DNA of 59,963 nt, filler included, from Isurus oxyrinchus (lineage: Eukaryota), in assembly GCA_026770705.1 (NCBI GenBank). It is 2 parts of 2 records of this genome, joined end to end, with 100 filler letters (N's around TTAATTAATTAA, not from the genome) between each part and the next. Parts side by side here need not be neighbours in the genome. Positions count along the whole stretch, not along the records: positions 1 to 29,569 come from JANJGN010000163.1; positions 29,670 to 59,963 come from JANJGN010001343.1. The stretch is one strand, 5' to 3'. A program made the position numbers and the translations under genes. The notes below the pieces were generated by a model. The model ran no database searches. It saw nothing but the letters and a program-made list of their open reading frames with translations, and was not told the origin of the DNA. Each line of letters begins with the position of its first letter. Position 1 is the stretch's first letter. Shown here in pieces: positions 24,978 through 36,839 of this stretch.

Positions 24978-27792
24978 GAGATATCGGACTTGGGATGTCA
25001 ACCTGGAATTGACAATCTAATTAGATATCACACTTGGGATGTCAACCTGGAATTGACAATCTAATTAGATATCAGACTTGGGATGTCAACCTGGAATTGA
25101 CAATCTAATGGGATATCAGACTTGGGATGTCAACCCGGAATTGACAATCTAATTAGATATCAAATTTGGGATGTCAACCTGGAATTGACAATCTAATTAG
25201 AAATCAAACTTGGGATGTCAACCTAGAACTGACAATCTAATTAGATATCAAACTTGGGATGTCAACCTGGAATTGACAATCTAATTAGATATCAAACTTG
25301 GGATGTCAACCTAGAACTGACAATCTAATTAGATATCAAACTTGGGATGTCAACCTGGAATTGACAATCTAATTAGATATCAGACTAGGGATGCCAACCT
25401 GGAATTGACAATCTAATTAGATATCAAACTTGGGATGTCAACCTGGAATTGACAACCTAATTAGATATCAAACTTGGGATGTCAACCTGGAATTGACAAT
25501 CTAATTAGATATCAAACTTGGGATGTCAACCTGGAATTGACAATCTAATTAGATATCAGACTTGGGATGTCAACCTGGAATTGACAATCTAATTAGATAT
25601 CAAACTTGGGATGTCAACCTGGAATTGACAATCTAATTAGATATCAGACTTGGGATGTCAACCTGGAATTGATAATCTAATTAGATATCAGATTTGGGAT
25701 GTCAACCTGGAATTGACAATCTAATTAGATATCAGACTTGGGATGTCAACCTGGAATTGACAATCTAATTAGATATCAAACTTGGGATGTCAACCTGGAA
25801 TTGACAATCTAATTAGATATCAGACTAGGGATGCCAACCTGGAATTGACAATTTAATTAGATAACAGAATTGGGATGTCAACCTGGAATTGACAATCTAA
25901 TTAGATATCAGATTTGGGATGTCAACCTGGAATTGACAATCTCATTAGATATCAGACTTGGGATGTCAACCTGGAATTGACAATCTAATTAGATATCAGA
26001 CTTGGGATGTCAACCTGGAATTGACAATCTAATTAGATATCAAACTTGGGATGTCAACCTAGAACTGACAATCTAATTAGATATCAAACTTGGGATGCCA
26101 ACCTGGAATTGACAATCTAATTAGATATCAAACTTGGGATGTCAACCTGGAATTGACAACCTAATTAGATATCAAACTTGGGATGTCAACCTGGAATTGA
26201 CAATCTAATTAGATATCAGACTTGGGATGTCAACCTGGAATTGACAATCTAATTAGATATCAGACTTGGGATGTCAACCTGGAATTGACAATCTAATTAG
26301 ATATCAAACTTGGGATGTCAACCTGGAATTGACAATCTAATTAGATATCAGACTTGGGATGTCAACCTGGAATTGACAATCTAATTAGATATCAAACTTG
26401 GGATGTCAACCTGGAATTGACAATCTAATTAGATATCAAGCTTGGGATGTCAACCTGAAATTGACAATCTAATTAGATATCAGACTTGGGATGTCAACCT
26501 GGAATTGACAATCTAATTAGATATCAGACTTGGGATGTCAACCTGGAATTGATAATCTAATTAGATATCAGACTTGGGATGTCAACCTGGAATTGATAAT
26601 CTAATTAGATATCAGATTTGGGATGTCAACCTGGAATTGTCAATCTAATTAGATATCAGACTTGGGATGTCAACCTGGAATTGACAATCTAATTAGATAT
26701 CAGTTTTGGGATGTCAACCTGGAATTGACAATCTAATTAGATATCAAACTTGGGATGTCAACCTGGAATTGACAATCTAATTAGATATCAAACTTGGGAT
26801 GTCAACCTGGAATTGACAATCTAATTAGATATCAAATTTGGGATGTCAACCTGGAATTGACAATCTAATTAGATATCACACTTGGGATGTCAACCTGGAA
26901 TTGACAATCTAATTAGATATCAAACTTGGGATGTCAACCTGGAATTGACAGTCTAATTAGATATCAGACTTGGGATGTCAACTTGGAATTGACAATCTAA
27001 TTAGATATCAGATTTGGGATGTCAACCTGGTATTGACAATCTAATTAGATATCAAACTTGGGATGTCAACCTGGAATTGACAATCTAATTAGATATCAGA
27101 CTTGGGATGTCAACCTGGAATTGACAATCTAATTAGATATCAGACTAGGGATGCCAACCTGGAATTGACAATTTAATTAGATATCAGACCTGGGATGTCA
27201 ACCTGGAATTGACAATCTAATTAGATATCAGATTTGGGATGTCAACCTGGAATTGACAATCTAATTAGATATCAAACTTGGGATGTCAACCTGGAATTGA
27301 CAATCTAATTAGATATCAAACTTGGGATGTCAACCTGGAATTGACAATCTAATTAGATATCAGACTTGGGATGTCAACCTGGAATTGACAATCTAATTAG
27401 ATATCAAACTTGGGATGTCAACCTGGAATTGACAATCTAATTAGATATCACGCTTGGGATGTCAACCTGGAATTGACAATCTAATCAGATATCAAGCTTG
27501 GGAACTCAACCTGGAATTGACAATCTAATTAGATATCAGACTTGGGATGTCAACTTGGAATTGACAATCTAATTAGATATCAGACTTGGGATGTCAACCT
27601 GGAATTGACAATCTAATTAGATATCAGACTTGGGATGTCAACCTGGAATTGACAATCTAATTAGATATCAGACTTGGGATGTCAACCTGGAATTGACAAT
27701 CTAATTAGATATCAGACTTGGGATTCCAACCTGGAATTGACAATCTAATTAGATATCAGACTTAGGATGTCAACCTGGAATTGACAATCTAA
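24978..27792. repeat. 44-bp minisatellite, about 64 copies (GGGATGTCAACCTGGAATTGACAATCTAATTAGATATCAGACTT)
   Basis: Highly homogeneous tandem units with internal palindromes. Confidence 0.97.
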
Positions 27793-28020
27793 CGATGACT
27801 ATGAATCCAATATCGATTGTCGTAAAACCCCATCTGCCTCACCAATGTCCCTTGAGGGAGGGAAATCTGCTGTCCTTACCCTGGTCTGGCCTACATGTGA
27901 CTCCAGACCCACAGCAATGTGGTTAACTGTTAGAAACGCTCTCTGAACAAGGGCGGTTATGGATGGCTAAGAAATGCTGGCCTAGCCAGTGACGCCCACA
28001 TCCCATGAATGAATAGGAAA
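27793..28020 (+). mobile_element. SINE or LINE-UTR-type interspersed repeat, 3' part
   Basis: Homologous to the reverse complement of about 2430-2570. Ends in a LINE-like tail (gcccacatcccatgaatgaata) also seen at about 54160-54180. Confidence 0.65.
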
Positions 28021-28029
28021 AGGATTACT

Positions 28030-28560
28030 CACTGGCCACGCCAGCAGCTGCTGTTCATTCCTGGTCGCCACTGGGGAGGGCGGGCTCGGGTTCCGCTTCT
28101 AGGTGGTAGGGACCGTGCGATTCGCAAGTGTGACTGAAGGAGCCTTGGTGGATTGTTTCTATGCATCTTGTATATTGTAGCGACTGTGTCCGTGTGTTGA
28201 ATGTTGAAGGCGGCGGGTGCACTCACCATCCTGTTGGTCCGCTTTATCCTTCATTGCGCAGAGCTCCTGGAGAATAATTGGGATCTGCACTTATCGGTGC
28301 AAATGGAGTGTGAGCCATCACAGTGATGCCTTTTACCTTGTAGTTGGAGGACAGGCTTTTTGAGTGCAGAATCTCCAGGCCCTGACCTGCTCCTGTAGCA
28401 GCAGCATTTACACGGATAGGCCAGTCCAGTTTCTGGTGAACGGTAACCCCTAGGGCGTTAGTGGCAGGGTTTAACTGATGTTCCTGTTGTTGAATATCTA
28501 GGTGCAATGGTTAGATTCTGTCTGTTGCAGACCATGGCCCATTGCCTGGGACATGTGTGT
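28030..28560 (-). mobile_element. Decayed LINE 3' fragment
   Basis: LGVTVHQKLDWPIRVNAAATGAGQGL resembles LGITIDLKLNWTSHINTVATRAGQRL of ORF 53104. Confidence 0.65.
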
Positions 28561-28957
28561 GCATGTGTCACCAGGCCAGGAAATGTCCATTGTCCTACCG
28601 GTGCCGTGTTTGGGGGAAGGTTTGATGCATCTTCCTGGATGAAGAGGCAGGTGTGGTTTTAACTTGTGCTGTTGTAGGAAGCAATTCAGTCAGTTAAAAG
28701 CTAAATGCGGCAGATGCTGGAAACCTGAAACATGCTTTTCCAGCTGGTCCACCGACCTCGGGTACTGAGGCCAATTGCATGGCTGTCGTGCTGCTACAAT
28801 AGAATTGGAGGGACCCTGAGGGTCCAGGAATTACAGCGTGTAGCTTCAGCCAGTTGAGTGCGCACCGTGAGGTTTGACAGGGGAGTTTCTCACTGTCCTT
28901 ATTCTGGCTGTGCTTATATGATCCGTTCTCTCTCTCATCTTTTCCTTTCCTCCTCAG

Positions 28958-29258
28958 ACACTTGCAGGAGCGCCTCCTTACCCAGTGGGGGGTCCGGCTG
29001 TCTGTTGTACAGGGGCAGACGGCGGAGATGCACTGTTACCAGAACGACACTGAGCATATCAACATGTACTGGTACCGTCAGCACCCCGGGGCAGGGCTGC
29101 AGCTCATGGTCACCTCGGTGGGTACCTCAGAGCCCAGGCCTGAAGAGGGGTTCAAGGAGAGGTTTGAAGTGACGAGACACAACACCAAGTGGTGCAGCCT
29201 GAAAATACTGAGCGTGGAGCTGACTGACCCTGCGGTTAGTTCCTGCGCTGCTGGTGAA
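28958..29258 (+). pseudogene. TRBV: TCR V-beta-like segment 2, probable pseudogene
   Basis: V framework TQW, AEMHC, MYWYRQHPGAGLQLM, EEGFKERFEVTR, SLKI, DPAVSSCAAG. A phase-1 reading from the CTCAG acceptor (28957) is out of frame with the V body, YxC has become SSC, and the RSS is degenerate (CACAGGG at 29259-29265, poor nonamer). Confidence 0.75.
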
Positions 29259-29569
29259 CACAGGGAATGAGAGCTGCTCCCGGGCTGGATCAGGAACAGA
29301 CTCACCTCTGGTCCTGTCAGACTCAAGTACAGGAAACTCCAGTCAGCTGCACTGGTAAAAGTCACCAGATCATTGATGAAGGGTGTCCGATTTCCCACAA
29401 GATTGTGACTGGCTAGAACAATGTCTCAGCTTCTCAACAGTTCGGAACCCCAAACTCAGCACCTCCCAGAGCGGAGGGAATTAGCTCGAGTGAAAGGTGA
29501 AGGTTAACACGGGGACAGTGTTCAGTTCAAACTGCTTCATATCCCTTCTCAGTAATTCCATTCCCTCAA

Positions 29570-29669
29570 NNNNNNNNNNNNNNNNNNNNNNNNNNNNNNN
29601 NNNNNNNNNNNNNTTAATTAATTAANNNNNNNNNNNNNNNNNNNNNNNNNNNNNNNNNNNNNNNNNNNN
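29570..29669. other. Artificial scaffold-joining spacer (44 N + TTAATTAATTAA + 44 N)
   Basis: Exactly 100 bp, symmetrical, with a six-frame stop linker at 29614-29625. Confidence 0.95.
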
Positions 29670-30492
29670 TGTTCCTGATGGAATAGCGGATGGTCATTCT
29701 TATTGCTTGAAGGTTCCCCGTTGTGTAGGGTCTGTTTGGATCAGTGCACGGCTCTTTGTAGCTGCATGAGCCTTTGCTCTAGTGCCCTGCCGCTGTCAAT
29801 GGCCCTTTCTGCCACAAGCCTTGCAGGATTGGTGGAAAGCTGGGCATTTCCTTGGTGCCTGCAGAAGGCCACACCTTCCACATGTCTCACTAGGTTTGGA
29901 TGTTCTAGTCAGTGTGTCAACAATTGATGTTGTACTGAGGACCTGTAAGCTTCGTTGACCTGCGAGGATCACTTCGTATTTATGTCGATCCTTGAGTAGC
30001 TCTTCAATGCTATAGGTTTTGGTCTTATCTAGCAGATCTCACCACGAGGGATCCGTTTGCTCCCCAGCTCTTTACTTGAGCTCTTTCCCGTCACTGTGTC
30101 TTCAAAGGTTTCCTGAGCAGTCAGTACACTGCGATTTCAACCCTCTCTGATGCTGTGTCTCTGTTATGGTCTGACCAAAGCGTTGAGGGTCGTCTCATGT
30201 CATGTAGCTCGATCTCAGGCTGTTCACCACGTCATACCTGTACTGAATCTTGCTGCCAGAATGTTTGGCCACCGCTGATCACCATGTTGTGTTTTTATAA
30301 TGATATAAAGGCACCAGCCACTGATACGGAATTAGGTAAATACATTGTGGATTCATTTATTTAGAATAGTGACATGAGAACAGATACACAAGGATAGAAA
30401 CTGGGAGACACCTGCAGCCAAACTGTGTGAGCTGTGTTCTGCTCACAGGCCAAAGTGAAACTTGGACTGGATGGTGTTATCATCCCAGCTGA

Positions 30493-31716
30493 TGTTACTA
30501 CTGGGCAAGTCAGATCCCAGGGTGGAGCTCAGCTTGATAGGTCCTAACTTTTATTTTTTATTTTGGAATGTGGAGTGCGGCTACTGAACAGAGTCACAGG
30601 AGTCATCTGATGAACGTCTAACAAAAGAATAAAACATTTATTAAACTAGGAAAGACAAACTATATGACATTACTCCTTCACCCAGACCTATACCTTTACA
30701 GATACATAAGTAGAACACAAATTACGATAACTATCTTATATTCTCATGTTCACACTAAGTACACAGTCCGTGTAAACCAATAGACGACCTGTGGTCAGGG
30801 ACACAACATTCTGAAAGCAAGTGGCAGAGCCCACTTGAAACAACTTCTATGTCTCATCTGTCCCCAGACGCTTGTTACACTGTGAGCCAACCAGTCTCAC
30901 TGAAAAGCTTCTTTCATATGAGAGTTTCCAATCTCCACTCTCCAAGAACTCTCTTTGGAATCTCCTCCAACATGACACTTTCACTCAGACACCTTCCACA
31001 AGGGTCCACTTTCACTATTTCAAACTCTCCTTCCCATGTTCCTGCCCCCTGGATCGCCACGTGCATTCAGCCTTCCTTCCACGCCCTGTCTCTCCAAAGC
31101 TCAGCCGTGTCAATGGAACACCATGGCTTCACATGGCCGTAGTAATGAGTCACCAACCTGTGGTGTCTCCCAGGATCTTCTGGCTTCTCGCAAGCCTATT
31201 TTGCTTTAGGCCTGTGTCCTGCTGCTTTCTCCCTTTATGCTTGAAGCCTTCTTCTGCTCCTCACTCTTAACTTCACTTTACAGGGCCTTTTCCAGATTTG
31301 ACGAGAAGGTTTTCTTGGGCCCTTTCTCCTGTTCCACTCGATGGTTTTTGCTTCTTCTTTACTTTGGGACTGACTATCTGGCCCGCTCCTTTGCTGCTTC
31401 TCCTGGCAACTCCTTTCAACAGAACTGAAAGTACTTTTCTCTTTTTCTCGGTCTCTGTGGGTCCTTCCCTCTGGATCACTGTTGCTAGGCAACAGCACAG
31501 TTTCTTACACCTTGTATTTGTTTTGACTTCCCTTCAACAGTCATAAAACCTCAAAGGAATGCTGGCTTCTTTTAAAGTCAAATTCTATCTTTTCAAAACA
31601 CCTAAACACAAAAATACAAACTAAACTTGAACTTAAAGATAGACCTTATGCCTAACACACAAATAGACACATAGAACTGACTTAAGCCATCCGCCGTTCC
31701 TATAGATCACATGACA
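30493..31716. mobile_element. Putative solo LTR
   Basis: Non-coding, TGTTAC...ATGACA-like termini, composition similar to other LTR-like repeats here. No clear TSD. Confidence 0.3.
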
Positions 31717-31769
31717 CACTTCCCCTCGAGTGATGTCATGCTGCTGTCCCTGAAAGGCATATTACAATA

Positions 31770-32150
31770 GTGTTATCACTTGGCAGGTGATGTGTGCCAG
31801 GCAGACCAAGTCCATGAGAGAAAGGTGGTCACACTATCATAATGATTTTGCAATTTGTATTTATTATGAGATGTGTGCACTGAATTCAGAAGCAATAACT
31901 CCACCAAGAAAATTAGAGAATTAAAAAATAAATTAAAATATTTGTCATCAAAATAAAAGATTTCAAGCACATACATAAGACTACAATGACTGTTATAATA
32001 ACTCCTCGAATTCCTAATTAACCTGATCCCCAGTTACACTCATTTTAAAGCAACAGACCAAAAATAGATGTAAGATTTAAAACAAACTCAGCAAGTTAAC
32101 CCAATGCCCTGGACAGTGGAATTCCAAATGGATTTTCCCCAACTTCAGTT
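31770..32150 (-). mobile_element. Partial LTR, inverted homolog of 52186-53149
   Basis: tttgcaatttgtatttattatgagatgtgtgcactgaattcag is the reverse complement of about 53029-53071. Confidence 0.65.
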
Positions 32151-32393
32151 CTGTTGGATAGCAGGCTTGTGCACAAACAGGGTCCTGAGGACCATGAGCC
32201 AATGTAGAATGACCTTGTCAACTCCTGTGTCCAGGATTCCCTTCCATCCGTTGTGAAACCTTGGGGAGTTCCATGTGTGTCCTGTAGATGGTCCACACTG
32301 CAGCCACTGTGCCCCAGTGATGGAGGGAGTGGATATCGAGTCTAGTGGATCTACAAATTATCCAGATTTAAATATTGATATTTCTCTCCCCAG

Positions 32394-32762
32394 TTGGACT
32401 GTCACAAGAATGGGAAAGTAACACTCCACGAGAGGTGACAGCGCAGGAAGGTTCATGTGTACAGATTCCATGTCATTACAATTACCCATCACATTTGTTA
32501 GAGAAAACACGTGTCGGAATCTGGAATATGAGGAGGGACAAATGGAATACATTGTCTACAGCCTTTCACTCCAAGGATCACAGTCACGAGTTACCACGGT
32601 TCCACCATCGGACCCGGCTGTCTGGAGACCTGAAAGATGGTGACTGTTCCCTGATTATAAACAACATCAGACGGGGAGATACAGGATTTTTTTTTTTCAG
32701 AATAGAATTTGACAATGGTCGGAGCCACAACTATTATCCTGTAACCCAGCTTCACGTTTCTG
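32394..32762 (+). CDS. Siglec/MAG-like receptor, V-set exon A
   Basis: AG/GT-bounded, 369 nt, phase 1-1. Siglec V-set signature CVQIPC, GDCSL and the F-strand essential Arg (FFRIE). Confidence 0.88.
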
Positions 32763-33114
32763 GTAAGTGCTATGTTATAATTACTCAACAATTCACATTC
32801 AACACTCAATGGGAAATAACACAAACTGTGATGTTTACATATTAACACAAAACACAGCTTATTTTAACACATTGTCTGATTCTCAATAACCTGGTGATGG
32901 CTTCCAGTTCAGTCCTAAAGCAACGTCTAATACTCACTTTAATATCAATGATGATGAACATTAACTGTATTATCAGGTTACCACTCCCATCAATCTCTCC
33001 TGTCCTGTTTAAAAGTCTGACGTATCGATAAAAGAAAGATGTGCATTTCTGCAGCGCAATTTACCACCTCCCTATTACAGTAATCTCCTCCTTTATCTTC
33101 ATCCACGGCAACAT

Positions 33115-34070
33115 TCCCTATCTCAGGAGCCTCCTCCAGTCCCTACAACCCTCTCTATCTCAGGAGCCTCCTCCAGTCCCTACAACCCTCCCTATCTCAG
33201 GAGCCTCCTCCAGTCCCTACAACCCTCCCTATCTCAGGAGACTCCTCCAGTCCCTACAACCCTCCTATCTCAGTACTCTCTTCCAATCCCGAAAACCATT
33301 CCTATCACTGCAAACTCCTCCGGACCCAACACCCCTCCCTATCTCTTTAACCTCCTCAAGCCCCAATAACCCTCGCGATATTTGTTGCCTCCTCCAGTCC
33401 TAACAACCTCCCCTATCTCTGCAACCTCCTCCAGACCGAATACCTCTCCCTATCTCTGTAAGCTGGTCCATCTCTTACAACCCTTCATATTTCTGTAACC
33501 TCCTCCAGCCCACTACAACCCTCCCTATCTCTGTAACCTCCTCCAGTCCCTAAGAGTTTCCTTTATCTCTGTAACCTCCTCCAGCCATTATAACCCTCCC
33601 TATCTCTGTAGCCTCCCTCAGCCCCAGCCACACTCCATATCTATGTAACCTCGTCCTGCCCTTACAACCCTCCCTATCTCTGTAACCCCATCCTGCCCCA
33701 AAAACTCCCCCATCTCTGTAAACTCCTCCAGTCCCTGCAACCTTCCCTACCTCTGAAACCTCCACCAGCCTTTCCAAGCCTCCCTACCTCTGCAATCCGT
33801 CCAGCCCCTACAACTCTTCCTACCCCTGTAAACTCCTCCAGACCCTAAAACCCTCTCTGCCCTTGCAGCCTCCTCCAGTCCCTACACGCTCCCCATCTCC
33901 ATAAACTCCTCAAATCCCTACAGCCCTCCCTATCTCTGCAACCTCCTCCAGGTCCTACCACCCTCCCTCTCTGCGTAACCTCCTCCAGTATCTACAGCCC
34001 TCCCTATCTCTGTTACCTCCTACAGCCCCCACAAACCTCCCTATCAGTGTAACCTCCTCCAGCCCCTGAT
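33115..34070. repeat. Degenerate 37-bp tandem repeat (CTCCCTATCTCTGTAACCTCCTCCAGTCCCTACAACC)
   Basis: Direct inspection. A reverse-complement array lies at 44960-45260. Confidence 0.85.
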
Positions 34071-34139
34071 GGAAGGTGGGTCGAGCGGGTCAGTCACTTG
34101 CATGTTTATTCTGCAGCTTTAATATTTTAAGATGGTATG

Positions 34140-34930
34140 AATGTAGGAACATAAGAAATAGGGACAGGAGCAGGCCATTCGGCCCCTCAAGCCTGCTCTC
34201 ACTGATCTGGTTGTGGCCTTAACTCCATTCTCCTGCCTGTCCCCCAAACCCTTGACTCCCTTGTCGATCAAAAACCTGCCTCACTCAGCCTTGAGTCTAT
34301 TCAATGGCCCAGCCTCCACTGCTCTCTGGGGAAGAGAATTCCACAGGCTAGCGCCCCTCTGAGAGAGGAAATTCCTCCTCATCTCAGTCTTAAATGGGAG
34401 AGGCCTCATTCCGAAACTGTGCTCCCTGGTTCTAGATTCCCCCACGAGGGGGAAACATCCTCCCAGCATCCACCCTGTCAAGCCCCCTCGGAATCGGATA
34501 TGTTTCAATAAGGTCACCCCTCATTCTTCTAAACTCCAATGGATACAGGCCCAACCTGCTCAACATTTCCTCACAGGACAAACCCTTTAATCCCAGGAAT
34601 CAGCCCAGTGAAGCTTCTCTGAACTGCCTGTACACAATGATCCTGTTACAATCTCACTAACGCCCTGTGCAGCTGTTGCAAGACTTCCCTCCTTTTATAC
34701 TCCATCCCTTTGCAATAAAGGCCAACATTCCACTTGCCTTCCTCATTCCGTGGTGTTCCTGAATGCTGACTTTCTGTGATTCATGTACAAGGACACCCAG
34801 ATCCCTCTGTACTGCATTCTGCATCCTGTCTCCATTTAAATAATATCCTGTTTTTCTATTCTTCCTGCCAAAATAATTTGTTGCCATTCTCCTCAGTATT
34901 GACCATCCCCCCAATTCAGCCTCATCAGTA
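34140..34930 (-). mobile_element. CR1 LINE 3' fragment
   Basis: FKTEMRRNFLSQRGASLWNSLPQRAVEA and VQRDLGVLVHESQKV are CR1 ORF2 C-terminal motifs. Confidence 0.85.
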
Positions 34931-34992
34931 AATTTTGAGTCTAGTGGATCCACAAACCATCCAGAGTTAAATATTGATATTTCTCTCCCCAG

Positions 34993-35361
34993 CTGAACCC
35001 TCACAAGAGTGGAAAGGTGACACTCCACGAGAGGTGACAGCGCAGGAAGATTCGTGTGTACTGATTCCGTGTCATTACAGTTATCCATCGTGTCTGGAAA
35101 ACCAACCGCGAGGTGGAGTCTGGTTTAATAATGAGGAACAGATTTCCTGGGCTCCCATTGCCTTTTACTCCAAGGATCACAGTCACGAGTTACCACGGTT
35201 CCGCCATCGGACCCGGCTGTCTGGAGACCTGAAAGATGGCGACTGTTCCCTGATTATAAACAACATCAGACGGGAAGATGCAGGACCTTATTTTTTCAGA
35301 ATAGAATTTGACAATGGTCCGAGCCATAACTATTACCCTGTAACCCAGCTTCACGTTTCTG
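34993..35361 (+). CDS. Siglec/MAG-like receptor, V-set exon B
   Basis: 369 nt, phase 1-1, with CVLIPC, GDCSL and DAGPYFFRIE. Tandem duplicate of exon A at an offset of 2599 bp. Confidence 0.9.
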
Positions 35362-36174
35362 GTAAGTGCTGTGTTATAATTACTCAACAATTCACATTCA
35401 ACACTCAATGGGAAATAACGCAAACTGTGACGTTTACATATTAACACAAAACACAGCTTATTATAACACGCTGTCTGATTCTCAATAACCTGCTAATAGC
35501 TTCCAGTTCAGTCCTAAAACAACCTCTAATAATCACTTTAATATCAATGATTAAATGTATTGACTGTGTCCATCAATGTTATCAGGTTATCCACTTACAT
35601 CAATCTCCCTAATCCTGTTTAAAATTCTTACATATCAACAAATGAAAGATTTGCATTTCTATAGCGCCTTTCAACACCTCTGGACGTCGCAAATGGATTC
35701 ACAACCATTGAAATAATTCTTGAAATGTAACCCTTGTTGTAATATAGGAAACACAGCAGCCAATTTGTGCACAGGAAGCTCCCAGAAACAGCAATGTGAT
35801 CAATAACCTGATCATCTGCTTTAGATGCCAGTTCAGTGATTGGTTCAAATGGATTCTCTCCTGGTGGCGACAGGATAGAATTTAAATCTGGCAGATTTCA
35901 GAGAAAGTAACAAGCCAGTGTGTCAGGAACTGTGAGCTGCTCCCCCGCCCTCACCTGGGATTGTCAATTCAATTGTCTCAAAGTGGAAGTGAATTCATCT
36001 GAGAGACAGAAATTCCACTAAGTCTGAAAATAGGAAATTCTCTCCTGATCATTGTAACCTCTCAGATCTGATATCATCCTTGTAAAATTGCTTTCTCTTG
36101 TTGGACTGTGATTTCTATTTGAACTGATGCTTCATGTTATATTTCTCTAAAAGGATCCATTCTCTGTCTGTTAG

Positions 36175-36471
36175 ATTTCACAGATAAACCCATGATATTC
36201 CCTGCTGAAATTATTGCAGGAAAGCGTGTGGATGTAAGCTGCACCTTCAACACAACGTGCAATGGAACAGCAGCACCTGTCTTAACCTGGGACACTCCCA
36301 CTGACGTACCTGGATCAGTCTCAAACACTGTAACTCAGCATGGTGTCACTCTGACCTATACTTCTGTTCTGACCCTGATCCCATCACTCAAACACCACGG
36401 ACACACTCTCAGCTGCAGAGTGAGATATCCATCTGTTTCATCGGAGCAGACCCTTATGCTAACTGTAAAAT
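36175..36471 (+). CDS. Siglec-like receptor, domain-2 C2-set exon
   Basis: TTAG/GTAAGT-bounded, 297 nt. DFTDKP..VSCTFNTTC..PVLTW..SVLTLIPSLKHHGHTLSCRV, including the extra Cys for the Siglec D1-D2 disulfide. Confidence 0.9.
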
Positions 36472-36839
36472 GTAAGTATGGATTCCCTTCATTCTATATT
36501 AGCTGTAATAGGATACAATGTGCAGAGCAAGATCCCACAAACATCACTGGGTTGAAGACAAAACAGGTCCTTTTTTATTAGTGATATTGACCAGGGAGAG
36601 CTCTTCCTGTATTGAGCCTTGGGATTGTTTATGCCTACCTGATAGGGCAGAGGGGGCCAAGGTTGAACTTAAAAGACAATATAGGATAATATAAATATTG
36701 TCTTCATTGATGTCAAAGATTTTGGGGGAGATGTAGTATAAAAGTTTAATATTAACAATGTAAATAGATAGTATTTATCATCAGTTACTCAAGGTCACAT
36801 GAGAATAGAACACGGAGAGAGATAGTTCTATAGATACCT

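Noticed and set aside
12781-27792. CRISPR-like appearance of the 32-, 22- and palindromic 44-bp arrays
   Set aside because: Units are contiguous with no unique spacers, there are no cas genes, and the context is vertebrate.
30284-30335. Possible Siglec leader exon (ATG...TTAG|GTAAAT, phase 1)
   Set aside because: MLCFYNDIKAPATDTEL has no hydrophobic signal core. The true leader is probably outside the scaffold.
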